A stretch of 64,000 nucleotides of DNA from Octopus vulgaris (Eukaryota): the NCBI GenBank assembly GCA_951406725.2, contig OX597814.1, positions 61,814,001 through 61,878,000 of the forward strand, given 5' to 3'. Shown here one piece after another: positions 26,422 through 40,695 of this stretch. Under the pieces are notes generated by a model. It had not been told where the DNA came from and ran no database searches. It worked only from the letters and a program-made list of their open reading frames with translations. Each line of letters opens with the position of its first letter. Positions within the stretch are counted from its first letter, which is position 1. A program made the translations under genes and the position numbers.

Positions 26422-27593
26422 TCTCTTATTATAAAAGGCAGATTTTATCTGCCTCCCTTTGGGAGTTATACAAATCTACAATATAGGATTTCTTCAATTA
26501 CAATTTACCTACCATTTTTAAGAGTACAATGCATCGCGTCATGCCAGGTCCAGTTTTTAAAATTTAAACTCCAATTAAGCAAAATTTACAGAAAACTCAC
26601 ATTCTGGTGTGTGTGTCAAATGCTTTTCTTAGTCTGGTTTACACCACACGCAAACGCACACACACAGTGGGCAACGAATAAAATGAAAGTAAATGTAATA
26701 TTTGTTTCTGTCTATCACGCTGATAGATACATGAGTAAAATGTATGGGAAGCTAACAGATAAGACTGAGTGAAAATGTTCTTGGAAGAGAGTAAATTAGC
26801 GACAGTGATTTGAGGAAGACTAAACTGAAAGTATGAAACAGTGTTTATGTATAAACAGACGACACTTATATAAACCCTTTCGTTACCAAACCGCCCGAAT
26901 TTACCTATTCATATTTAAATGAGAATATCAGAGTAAATCTCTTTAGTACATTCGTGAAAACACGTATTATACTTCGTAAACACTTCAAATACAGTTTTGT
27001 ACAAAAATCGAAGTGTAATTTTAATTCCGTGAATTATGGGAGATTTTTTTCCGAAATTTGTTCCTATTGTGTTTTCAAAATTTGTAATTCTGACAAAAAA
27101 TGGATACGAATTTCATTATATCAAGCAGCGAGTCAGAATTCGAAGGATTTACTACTGAAGACCTTCATAAATCTAACTCTATGACTGAAAAAAAAAGCAT
27201 CTTTATATAAGAGTGAAGTTGTGTGTCTGTCCCCTTCGATTTACATTCGTAATTACTCCCACATTTTGCGGTGCAGTTTAACCAAAAGCGGGTATCTTAT
27301 AGTCGTGATTCATATCGAGCCCTTCTGGGTATTAGCGCGCGTCTACGATGAGTCTACGATTTAAAAAAAATTTACCATCATATTTTTCCATTTTAATGCA
27401 TTTTTTTCGCTTTTATATAAGGGAAGTAACTCTCTAAAAATATCTACGATGTGTCAACGATTTAAAAAAAATTTACCTTAATTTTTTTTCAATTTTTAAT
27501 GCATTTTTTTGCTATTTTTTGGCTATAACTCTCTAAAAATGCTTATATAGTTATTTCCCTTACAACCCGAGCAACGCCGGCCGATACTGCTAG
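26422..27593 (+). mobile_element. Non-autonomous Helitron (composite)
   Basis: A|TC 5' end (TCTCTTATTATAAAAGG), GC-rich sub-terminal hairpin CCCGAGCAACGCCGG, CTAG|T 3' end, no TSD. A second Helitron-like 5' end TCTTTATATAAGAG lies at 27200. Confidence 0.82.
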
Positions 27594-27605
27594 TTATTAT
27601 TATTA

Positions 27606-29326
<1,721 letters not shown>

Positions 29327-29636
29327 AGACTACCTTAGAATGAGATTTATACAAATTGCTTCCATTTTTTTATTTCTGAATATCTGTTAGTCATGAACAT
29401 TTGTATGTCATTATACATTTATATAATGAAAAATTTGTACGCTACAACATTTTTTGTGATGCTTCGAAAATCTTAATGTATCTCTCAACTGCGAAATATA
29501 GTGGGCGATGATGAAGGGAACAACAATGACAATAATAATTAATATTTCCTTTCAACAATTCGCATGCCAGTAGGCTTAGTTAGGACAGTCACCCCATCAC
29601 CAAAAGCATGGGTAAAAACCAATAATAATAATAATA

Positions 29637-29708
<72 letters not shown>

Positions 29709-29735
29709 GTAGTAGTAGTAGTAGTAGTAATAATA

Positions 29736-29834
<99 letters not shown>

Positions 29835-30623
29835 AACTGTATCGATTGATTCTCGTTGTGAAGAGTTGCTTTAAACTGCTGGTTCCATTCTTAAGAATAT
29901 GCATTTTCCGTCTTCCACTTGCTGTCTTTCACCATTTATCGATCGTCAGTAGATTTCTACCTTGAGAAATCAATAGGGAATTACATTGCTAGCAAGATAA
30001 ATTGCAGCTATACTATTAGAAATGTGTGATTGGATTGATGTGGAACGATTTAACAGTGCTCTGTGTCAACAATCCGTAGTGATTAACAGACTAATTTACG
30101 GCGCTTATATAAACATATTAAGTTTAGAGACTCACTAAACTTGTTTCTAGTTCATTTGTGTTCTATAGAGTGTTGACCTTATTGTAACATATTATAATGA
30201 AATCAATCGCTATTAAACAATCTCCTCTTCAAACACTGTGTGACATCTAATAAACAATTCAATAAATTTATAAAATGATGTACTTAGATTTTCGTCGTTT
30301 AGCTGCAGGTTAGCATGGATTATCTTATAATTTATATTTTACCGTTTATGTGTTTCAGTCCTCGGAGTGCGGCCATGCTACAGCACTTCCTTGTAGGTGT
30401 GCCAGGATGGGTCAAACGAATCGGCCCCAGTACTTACTTTGAAGTCTATCGCTCTCTTTCAATAAACTGCTAAGTTACGGGGCTGTAAACCAACCGATAC
30501 AGGTTGTCAAGCAGCAGTAGAGGACAAACGAAAGTGCAAAGACACATTCGCACAAATATACACACGCGCACGCACACGTATTCATACATATATAATACAT
30601 GCATACGTACATACGTATGTATA

Positions 30624-30692
<69 letters not shown>

Positions 30693-30855
30693 CATAAGGG
30701 ACGTTAGCCATCTGAATGTGGCTAGGGACAGGGCAGGGCGGTGGGGGTGTTACTGATGCATTTAGCCCCAGGCGATCATCAACGTCACCAGGAGGGCTGA
30801 CGCCATCATGGCGTCCTCTAGCCTGCAAAGGGAGATCATTCCCCGAAGAAGCGGA

Positions 30856-30908
30856 TGCCACATACGGACCTAGGTTTCAAGGTGTTTGCCTATTATCAAC
30901 GTATGGCA
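30856..30908 (-). ncRNA. Type I hammerhead ribozyme (U3-A8 core), minus-strand copy
   Basis: Reverse complement of 31231-31283. Confidence 0.8.
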
Positions 30909-31230
30909 GGCACCGCCCCTCGACGAACGACTCTGTGCAGGCTATATATAAAGATTTTCACAGTAAATACATTTACTGATGTAGAAAATCCGTTCGACAG
31001 CAATAATAATTCTCTAAGCGAGATATATCAGTAACACCCCCACCGCCCTGAACTGTCCCTATCCACATTCAGATGGCTAACGTCCCTTATTTTATGGAGC
31101 AGTTACTGTCTATATCTCGCTTAGAGAATTATTATTGCTGTCGAACGGATTTTCTACATCAGTAAATGTATTTACTGTGAAAATCTTTATATATAGCCTG
31201 CACAGAGAGTCGTTCGTCGAGGGGCGTGCC

Positions 31231-31283
31231 TGCCATACGTTGATAATAGGCAAACACCTTGAAACCTAGGTCCGTATGTGGCA
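31231..31283 (+). ncRNA. Type I hammerhead ribozyme (U3-A8 core variant)
   Basis: UGCCAUACG-UUGAUAA-U-AGG caaaca CCU-U-GAAA-CCUAGG-UC^CGUAUGUGGCA; stem I UGCCA.UACG/CGUA.UG.UGGCA; palindromic stem III. Predicted cut after 31272. Confidence 0.82.
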
Positions 31284-31492
31284 TCCGCTTCTTCGGGGAA
31301 TGATCTCCCTTTGCAGGCTAGAGGACGCCGTGATGGCGTCAGCCCTCCTGGTGACGTTGATGATCGCCTGGGGCTAAATGCATCAGTAACACCCCCACCG
31401 CCCTGCCCTGTCCCTAGCCACATTCAGATGGCTAACGTCCCTTATGTTATGGAGCAGTTACTGTCTATATCTCGCTTAGAGAATTATTATTG

Positions 31493-31526
<34 letters not shown>

Positions 31527-31668
31527 AATATAAGAGAGTGGTCACTATATTGATCACCCTAGCACCAGTTAATCCAAAAGGTTTCAACCACGAAAATACA
31601 TGCTTCCCATGAAAGCCAGTACGACTGTTAGCTCACACGGACAGGGCAAATAAAAAATAACAAAAATA

Positions 31669-31762
31669 CAGATTATTTTGGGACAATTGTTTCGCTATTA
31701 ATGAATTAAATGTAATATTACTTACAATAATCCATTTGTAGCTCTTCAGCCAAGACTATCTG
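31669..31762 (-). ncRNA. Type I hammerhead ribozyme, unit 1
   Basis: Minus strand CAGAU.AGUC.UUGG-CUGAAGA-GCUA[extended hairpin]UAGC-GAAA-CAAUUG-UC^CCAA.AAUA.AUCUG: intact core, bulged stem I, palindromic stem III. Confidence 0.9.
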
Positions 31763-32201
31763 GATGAAATCCACTCAATCACACGCCAGATTTTACCATA
31801 ACGATAAATACGCGTGCGGTTCAATTGATTACATCGGACGTTATAATTCAAATGCCCCAACCAACAGCGCGCCAAACTCTCACGGAAAACAAATACAGCA
31901 TTTAGAAATAAATGCAGCATAATTATAATTAATTAATAAGGGTGAGAGAATTAGATACTAATTTAATAGTATATTTATTCCACACCAAGTGGCCTAGTGC
32001 TACGAGAAACCTGGATTATTATAATATTTTATAACATATTATAATATTTTCACAAAATAAATATAAGAGAGTGGTCACTATATTGATCACCCTAGCACCA
32101 GTTAATCCAAAAGGTTTCAACCACGAAAATACATGCTTCCCATGAAAGCCAGTACGACTGTTAGCTCACACGGACAGGGCAAATAAAAAATAACAAAAAT
32201 A

Positions 32202-32295
32202 CAGATTATTTTGGGACAATTGTTTCGCTATTAATGAATTAAATGTAATATTACTTACAATAATCCATTTGTAGCTCTTCAGCCAAGACTATCTG
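32202..32295 (-). ncRNA. Type I hammerhead ribozyme, unit 2
   Basis: Same sequence as the unit 1 motif. Confidence 0.9.
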
Positions 32296-32734
32296 GATGA
32301 AATCCACTCAATCACACGCCAGATTTTACCATAACGATAAATACGCGTGCGGTTCAATTGATTACATCGGACGTTATAATTCAAATGCCCCAACCAACAG
32401 CGCGCCAAACTCTCACGGAAAACAAATACAGCATTTAGAAATAAATGCAGCATAATTATAATTAATTAATAAGGGTGAGAGAATTAGATACTAATTTAAT
32501 AGTATATTTATTCCACACCAAGTGGCCTAGTGCTACGAGAAACCTGGATTATTATAATATTTTATAACATATTATAATATTTTCACAAAATAAATATAAG
32601 AGAGTGGTCACTATATTGATCACCCTAGCACCAGTTAATCCAAAAGGTTTCAACCACGAAAATACATGCTTCCCATGAAAGCCAGTACGACTGTTAGCTC
32701 ACACGGACAGGGCAAATAAAAAATAACAAAAATA

Positions 32735-32828
32735 CAGATTATTTTGGGACAATTGTTTCGCTATTAATGAATTAAATGTAATATTACTTACAATAATCCA
32801 TTTGTAGCTCTTCAGCCAAGACTATCTG
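32735..32828 (-). ncRNA. Type I hammerhead ribozyme, unit 3
   Basis: Same sequence as the unit 1 motif. Confidence 0.9.
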
Positions 32829-33268
32829 GAGTGAAATCCACTCAATCACACGCCAGATTTTACCATAACGATAAATACGCGTGCGGTTCAATTGATTACA
32901 TCGGACGTTATAATTCAAATGCCCCAACCAACAGCGCGCCAAACTCTCACGGAAAACAAATACAGCATTTAGAAATAAATGCAGCATAATTATAATTAAT
33001 TAATAAGGGTGAGAGAATTAGATACTAATTTAATAGTATATTTATTCCACACCAAGTGGCCTAGTGCTACGAGAAACCTGGATTATTATAATATTTTATA
33101 ACATATTATAATATTTTCACAAAATAAATATAAGAGAGTGGTCACTATATTGATCACCCTAGCACCAGTTAATCCAAAAGGTTTCAACCACGAAAATACA
33201 TGCTTCCCATGAAAGCCAGTACGACTGTTAGCTCACACGGACAGGGCAAATAAAAAATAACAAAAATA

Positions 33269-33362
33269 CAGATTATTTTGGGACAATTGTTTCGCTATTA
33301 ATGAATTAAATGTAATATTACTTACAATAATCCATTTGTAGCTCTTCAGCCAAGACTATCTG
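33269..33362 (-). ncRNA. Type I hammerhead ribozyme, unit 4
   Basis: Same sequence as the unit 1 motif. Confidence 0.9.
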
Positions 33363-33461
33363 GATGAAATCCACTCAATCACACGCCAGATTTTACCATA
33401 ACGATAAATACGCGTGCGGTTCAATTGATTACATCGGACGTTATAATTAATTATATATATA

Positions 33462-33497
<36 letters not shown>

Positions 33498-33521
33498 ATA
33501 CATACATACATACATATGTAT

Positions 33522-33900
33522 AGGTGCAGGATTAGCTGTGTGGCAAGAAGCTTGCTTACGAACCACATGGTTCTGGGTTCAGTCCCACTGCGTGGCACCT
33601 TGAGCAAGTATATTCTACTATAACCTCGGACCGACCAAAACCTTGTCAGTGGATTTGGTAGATGGAAACTGAAAGAAGCCGTCGTATATGTATGTGTGTG
33701 TGTGTGTGTATTTGTGTCTCTGTGTTTGTCCCCCACTATCGCTTGATAATATTGGTGTGTTTACGTTCTCGTAACATCAGCTCTTCAGCAAAAGGGATCG
33801 ATAGAATAATTAGTAGACTTACAAAGAATAAGTCGATTTGTTCGATTAAAGGCGATGCTCCAGGATGGCCACAGTCAAATGACTGAAAAAAGCAAAAGAA
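33522..33900 (+). mobile_element. tRNA-derived SINE, family A
   Basis: Head AGGTGCAGGATTAGCTGTGTGG...GGTTCAGTCCC (A/B-box-like), internal (GT)n, tail AATGACTGAAA. Other copies or parts lie at 30340-30560(-), 33974-34100(-), 45594-46215 and 61303-61453(-). Confidence 0.85.
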
Positions 33901-33915
33901 ATTTTTAATAATAGA

Positions 33916-33975
<60 letters not shown>

Positions 33976-34759
33976 CGGATTTCTTTGTTTCCGTCTACCA
34001 AATCTACTTACAAGGGTTTGGATAGCCCGGGGCTATATTAGAAAACACTTGTGCAAGGTGGGACTAATGTCTCGGAATCATGTGCTTGAGGAGCAAGCTT
34101 CCGAGTGAGAAAATCTCGTGATGAAAGGCTTTTCAACCATGTATCTGGTATTACCTTATATCATTTTCCTTTGTCATATTTTAGAGCAGTAAATGCGTAA
34201 TTTGAAATATATTTGGGTCTTGTCTCTAACAGGTAGAATAACCACGTAGAGACATCCTCGTTGGTTCAACTCAGTCTGCTACTCTGTACATATTCAGGAA
34301 TAATATATTTAAGGATAGCGGGAATTCAGACGGACCGAAACAGTGTAAATGTAAATATTGGAAAATTTCTCGCCTCTTATAGATGAGGTCAATGTCCGAT
34401 AAGCAATGATCAAAGGAAGACAGTTTTTCATCCTAAACATTTAATCAATCAATACATAAACTGCTCATACATACATACATACATACATACATACATACAT
34501 ACATACATACATACATACATACATACATACATACATACATACATACATACATACATACATACATGGCGTCAAATACTGATACATTGACATAGAGGACTAT
34601 TCATTAACCCATATAATGAATTCTATCCTCAATAATTTTTGTCATTAACACAAATCTGGTAAAAGCAACAGCCTTTTTTTAAAAGCTCGTAGCAGTAACC
34701 TAACAGAGAAATTCATACCACGTGGAATATTATTATATATATACAGCATGGTGACGAAA

Positions 34760-35330
34760 GAATCCGCAGTTAGCCATCGCAGATCGAGGAGCTATAGAGA
34801 AAAATATCAGTGGACTTTCGAACTGAACCAAAACGCATACCAGTTCTGCTGAAAGGCTTGGAAAGATCCCTCGATAGACAACATAAAGAGATAAAGAATA
34901 TTAGGATAAGAAATACCCAACAGTCTTCGTTATTTCAGAGAAACAATTACGCCAGCAAGCTACATTTGTTGAAAAGAAATATGTCAGCCTACCAAACAAA
35001 ATCATTCTGCCAAAATGCACATGTGAAATATTAATATTAATAACACAATAAACGTTTTCCACGAAGAGACTATGAATGGCAAAAAACACGACTAAGGCAA
35101 ACAAGAATAACAAACCGCCACCGCTAAACGAACATGTGGCAACCGCTTACGATCTGGCAAAAACAGTGGGGAATATAAGATACTAAAATCACAGCTTGCA
35201 TCGCAGTTCAAGAACGTCACTATTTACTACAGCAGGCACTGCATTAAAGATCCGATACAAGTTAGGAGAAAACCAACCGACCTGGTGTTACCAGCGATTG
35301 TCGAGACTGCGAGAAAACAACTAGTTAAAA
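34760..35330 (+). mobile_element. Penelope-like element fragment (GIY-YIG region), decayed
   Basis: Degenerate frames resembling the Penelope C-terminal region (...IPVLLKGL...PLNEHVA...YKILK...LLQQALH). Weak match. Confidence 0.45.
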
Positions 35331-35354
35331 TTCAACTGCCCAGCTTTAAAAACA

Positions 35355-35697
35355 AAACCTTTTTAGTTGAAGAAATCGACCTCAGGACTTATTATTTGTA
35401 AGACTAGTACTTATTTTATCGGTTCGTTTTGCCGAACCGCTAAGTTATGGAGACGTAAACACACCAACATCGGTTGTCAAGCGATGGTGGGGGAACAAAC
35501 ACAGACACAAAGACACACACAGATTCATTTATATACGATGGTCTTCTTTCATTCTCCGTCTACTAAATCCACTCACAAGGCTTTGGTCGGCCCGAGGCTA
35601 CAGTAAAAGACATTTGGCCAAGGTGCCACGCAGTGGGACAGAACTGGGAACCCTGTTGTTGGGAGCAAGCTTCTTACCACACAGCCACGATGCGCCT
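35355..35697 (-). mobile_element. tRNA-derived SINE, family A
   Basis: Reverse complement of the family A head (AGGCGCATCGTGGCTGTGTGGTAAGAAGC) and body. Confidence 0.85.
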
Positions 35698-35908
35698 ATA
35701 TATATAAATATATATAGATAGATAAATATAGATAGATAGATAGATACATACATACATTCATTCATACATACATACATGCATACATACATGCATATATACA
35801 TACATACATACATACATACATACAACATACATACATACATACATACATACATACATACATACATACATACATACATACATACATGTATATATATATATAT
35901 ACATACAG

Positions 35909-35960
<52 letters not shown>

Positions 35961-36216
35961 TGTATGTATATATATACGTATATATGTATATATATTTATG
36001 TATGTGTATATATATAGGAACTCATATATGCAGGTACACATGTGCATATATACATAAATATGTGCATAGATTCGTACGTAGATCAAGATACACACGTACG
36101 TGCAAAACCAGACACACACACACACACATGCACACACACACATGCACACACACACATGTATGTATATGTATGTATATATATACACACACGCACACACACA
36201 TATGTGTGTGTGTGCG

Positions 36217-36269
<53 letters not shown>

Positions 36270-36393
36270 AGAGTGTTAGGTGTGGTGAACGGAAATTGAA
36301 TATTGAGAAAAAAGTCGTCAGAATTTTGGGAAAAAAAATATTTTTATTTCTTCTTTATTATTAATGCTTTCGTTCCTTTCTCGAACTTGTGAA

Positions 36394-36565
36394 CGAGCTG
36401 GCAGAAACGTTAAGCACGCCGGGCGAAATGCGTAGCCGTTAAGTTCTGAGTTCAAATCCCGCCGAGGTCGACTTTGCCTTTCATCCTTACGGTGTCGATG
36501 AATTAAGTACCAGTTACGTACTGAGGTCGATGTAATCGACCTAATCCCTTTGCCTGTCCTGTTTT
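36394..36565 (+). mobile_element. tRNA-derived SINE, family B
   Basis: CGAGCTGGCAGAAACGTTA...GAGTTCAAATCCCGCCGAGGTCGACTTTGCCTTTCATCC. Further copies lie near 15518, 17370, 37805, 46295, 51570-52035, 54050, 55025, 55420 and 56395. Confidence 0.85.
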
Positions 36566-36992
36566 TTGGGGTGAGGTTCCATGACAATGGAGATGGATAG
36601 ATAGAAATATTGGTAGGTAGATAGGCTGATAGATAGACAGACAGATAGGTAGATAGATAGATAGTCAGACAGATAGGTAGAGGGGAGAGAGAGAGAAGTG
36701 GTACCCTCTTCCTATTCACTATTCATTCATTTATTTATTAATTTAGTCCTTTACCATTGTATTGGAATGGGTTTAAGTATGGTGACCTTTTCAAAAAAAA
36801 AAAGCAGGTGCGGTTTGGTCATCACTGAAAGTCATTTTACTTTCTTTCTCTCTTCTTTTTCCCCTCTTTCCTTCTTTTTCTCCTCTTTGTGTTATATTTA
36901 GAATACAAAATGTAGTCACCCCTTCCAAACATTCATTTTTGGAGGAAACTTTTTGATGAAATGTAGTTATGCATGAAAATACATTAGTACAT

Positions 36993-38158
36993 TAGTAGGA
37001 TCTTTTCTATTCTGAAGCCAGTTTTTTCAAATTTTTCCTACTGAACCAAACAATTTGAAACTTCGTATACTGGTAGAATGTGTCAAAAGTAAACTTAATT
37101 GTAAACCAGAATGAAAACGGAATTGTAACTTCTAAGTTTAACGTTGTTTAATAATTAGAATTTTAACCAATGATATTCCGTCATTCGGCTTTATTTTATT
37201 TACTCCGTCTCGACCACCAATTTCGTGACGTATTAAACATCTTAAATGTAAACAAGTGTGTGTGAAGAGACAGAGAGAGTAATGTGTGAAAGAGAGAGAT
37301 AACTGAAATTTTTTACTCGGTGTATGTGTATATGTATGTCTGCATGTATGTGTGTGTGTATGTATGTGTAAGTATGTGTGTGTGTATGTATGTATGGCCG
37401 ATTCATCGTAATTACGATGAATCGGCCATACATACATAGATACATACACACACACACATACATGCAGACATACATATACACATACACCGAGTAAAAAATT
37501 TCAGTTATCTCTCTCTTTCACACATTACTCTCTCTGTCTCTTCACACACACTAACAGAAGCACTTCACTTACACAACATACTGTCTCCCACACCCCATCA
37601 AACACACACACACACACACATGTACATCAATGCTTCCCCTAGACGGTAACTTCAAAGACAAACTTCCCTCGTCATAAAATCGCTTCCTCTTAGTCTCTTT
37701 CGCTCTCATTACTTATGTAAAAAAATAAAAGTTTTTTACGGAAATCGACGGAAAACTTGTGCTACGACAAGAGAAACTTCGCCGAAATTTAATATTAAAA
37801 AAGCAAAGAGCTGGCAGAAACGTTAGCACGCCGGGCGAAATGCGTAGCCGTATTTCGTCTGCCGTTACGTTCTGTGTTTGTTTACAGTTTTCCGAACGTT
37901 AGTACGTCACAAAAGCGTTTTCTACGTCACACTAATAGAATGCAGTCAAGTTTTACACATGAAAACAAACAATCTGATTGGTTAAAATTCGCAGTTTTAA
38001 TCTACGATTAAAGTCATAAAATAGATTTTTCTCAAATAAACTAGTTCCAACCTGTGTCTTGTTTTGCTAGACTCTATCAGCATACGAAGTTTCAGATTAT
38101 TTAGTTAAGTAGAAAGATCTGTGGTCCTGGCTTCAGAATTGAAAAGATCCCATTAGTA
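36993..38158. mobile_element. Non-autonomous DNA element with about 25-bp terminal inverted repeats
   Basis: GGATCTTTTCTATTCTGAAGCCAG at about 36998 and CTGGCTTCAGAATTGAAAAGATCC at about 38127. Contains the large palindrome and a SINE head. Confidence 0.6.
37255..37552. repeat. Spacer-less palindrome, about 150-bp arms
   Basis: Centre ...GATTCATCGTAA|TTACGATGAATC... at 37411/37412; the arms match apart from a microsatellite-length difference. Confidence 0.93.
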
Positions 38159-38334
38159 TAATATTTGCAAATTAACAATTTGAAAAATCAATCAGTAAAT
38201 AAAATAAAATGAATATATATGTATATATATTTAAAATACCAAATAGGACAAGAACGCAAAACATCCGGACAACTAGGTGATACAAAAGGGACAACAAAAC
38301 ATCCAGATAGACGATACAAAAAAACACGGACGGG

Positions 38335-38376
<42 letters not shown>

Positions 38377-38631
38377 GTTCTTTCACCACCGTTTAACGGT
38401 GAATAGATACAATGTCTTAGATACGTACATGCAAATATAAACCTACCTATACATATGTAAAGGCACACACAATCTTAACTGGCTTATAAACCTTTTCCAC
38501 ACTGCAATTGTTTTTGTTTCAGCACACGATCTCAGATCAAGTCACTTGCTATGCAAGTATATCTCCGTAATAGATATATAGATGGATAAATAGATAGATA
38601 TAGATTGTAAAATATATATAATCGGAGAAAT

Positions 38632-38662
<31 letters not shown>

Positions 38663-38828
38663 ACACTATTTCTCCGATTTTCAGCTAAGTGCCTTGCCTG
38701 GAGATCGGAAATTGGAAACTTGTAGTTGAAATTTGGGAAATTTCACTTTCAACTACATCTTCCTTTTCTTTTTTAACTGAATAGTTTCTGTTTTAGATTG
38801 CAAACGCAAACATTTACGTAATGAAATA

Positions 38829-38871
<43 letters not shown>

Positions 38872-39139
38872 ATTAGATTTATTGTTACATTATATTTATG
38901 TGTGAATGTTAGATTAGATTTATTCAGGACTAACAGAACTTGCTCGAAGATGCTTTCTCATTGCATTGGGGGGGGGGGACATTTTTCATATCATAATTGT
39001 CGTTATTTTACAAGTCTCAATCTGTGTTTTCATTTTAAAGTTAAAATTTCGAATGTAAAGTTATACCACAAAGCGTATGTTATTTGCATATCACATTTCT
39101 GTAGATTTCCGTAGTGGCAAGTGTGGTCTTTGTGTGGTC

Positions 39140-39300
39140 TTTGTTTCAGCACACGATCTCAGATCAAGTCACTTGCTTTGCAAGTACATCACCTTAATAT
39201 ATATATATATATATTACAGAAATGTACTTGCTTAGCAAGTGACCTGATTTGAGATCGTGTGCTGGAACGAAAACAATTGCAGCGTGGAAGGTGTTTATAT
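39140..39300. mobile_element. TA-associated MITE ends, two copies back-to-back around (TA)n
   Basis: TACAGAAATGTACTTGC.TAGCAAGTGACCTGAT...CAATTGCAGCGTGGAA. The same family occurs at 38485-38570(-) and 60975-61095. Confidence 0.65.
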
Positions 39301-39728
39301 ATACTTATGTAGTGTCTTGTTTTACTTAGCAAGCAACGAATTAAACATTTATTTGGAAATGAAATTTTTTATGCAGATATATTGAAATATTGTGAGTTTT
39401 CAAATTGTACTTTTTTGATTATAGAACTTTACATTCAAAATTTCTCCATCGGAATCTAACATTGAAATCAAAACACAGTCAAGGGTTGTAATGTTGATAA
39501 ATTCTTCTCAGTACAGCGAGAAAATATTTTCACGTGAAGTCAATAAGAGTGCACGATAAAACTAACATATTAACTAATTGGCCTAAAATGAAAGCTAAAG
39601 CTATAAAATCATAAAATGTATTGAAGAATATAGAGGAAAATGACAACGAAAAATCAACTAGATACGCACATATACACATACAAGCGCTCAATCTCTTCCT
39701 CTCTCTCTCATTCTTTATCTCTCTCTCG

Positions 39729-39779
<51 letters not shown>

Positions 39780-40695
39780 AACACTCCACAGGCTTCACTA
39801 ATTATACGGCCATTGACACGAACATCAAGAACTTAATAAAACGTATTCTAAAATACAGACATTACTTTAAATGAATACATCGCAACCCCGCATAACAACC
39901 ATGTTCATATTAAAAATTATAAAAACACAACAAACTTAAAACAAACTGAAAATATCCTGAAGGAATGGGTGGTTTCTGTTGGACAGTAAACAATGCATGT
40001 AAAGACTCCCACAAGTAACCAGGACAGAGCATCTGTCTTTCCACAGAACGTCTGTCTCTCTAACAAACACAGCCTTTCTCAGTATAAGCAGTATAAATGC
40101 ACGCGGCCTGGGGTTGCCTTGGAAACAGGGTCACCGACTCAATGACCTTAAGTCACTAAGTTTAGATGTAGTGACTATCAGTGAAACCAGACTTTCCGAC
40201 CGACGAGCTTTCATGCTCATTTCTGATGGATACTTATCACCATTTACTTATTTCTATGTCAACTGGGGATGGTGGGGGTAGAATTGCGGTGTTTGTTCTG
40301 AAAAGGACTGGATCTCAAGATAAGGACTATTTTCCTGAACCCAGAAGGTAAGTATGTGGTCCTGGATGTGAGCTGTAGCAACGGAGGTGCCTTCAGACTA
40401 GTGGCTGTTTATGCTCCGAGAAGGGTAGAGCAACCATATTTCTTTAGATGTCTAAATAGGCCTACTCTATGCATGCACCTGTAGATTGAAGGAGGACGAT
40501 GTGAAAGGGCACTTGCCCTAGCGGTGGGAGCGACCATGGCTTTGTGGGGTCTTCACGAGTAGCTCTAGGAAGTCTCCTTCTTTTGGGATTTATTCGTTCT
40601 CATAATTTTATAGTTACTGATTTTTACTTTTTACACGCTTTTTTTGTAACCCAGCATTGTGTTTTCTTGTATCGTCCCCGATGGTCTTTGTGAAC

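Larger units (their letters stand above)
30691..31494. mobile_element. Retrozyme/Penelope-pLTR-like element: 355-bp unit, 1.3 tandem copies plus an inverted near-full copy
   Basis: 31027-31494 has period 355; 30691-31035 is its reverse complement. (TA)n on both sides, no credible ORF, HHR in each orientation. Confidence 0.88.
31525..33448 (-). mobile_element. 533-bp tandem array (3.6 units) with one HHR per unit: non-LTR retrozyme-like
   Basis: Units start at 31525, 32058, 32591 and 33125 and appear identical except for one G insertion in unit 3. Flanked by (TA)n. Confidence 0.92.

Noticed and set aside
30475-31553. GC-rich ORFs MASASSGNDLPLQ... and [10 protein letters not shown]...
   Set aside because: They occur twice only because of the inverted repeat, run into (TA)n and resemble no domain I recognise.
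31525-33448. Array considered as a CRISPR array or plain satellite
   Set aside because: No repeat-spacer alternation and a eukaryotic context; each unit contains a structured ribozyme instead.
33522-33600. SINE heads as genuine tRNA genes
   Set aside because: A/B-box-like motifs are present but no full cloverleaf is evident, and they continue into repeated SINE bodies.
38695-38730. CTGGAGA...GAAACTTGTA HHR-like string
   Set aside because: Core mismatch and no stem I pairing.
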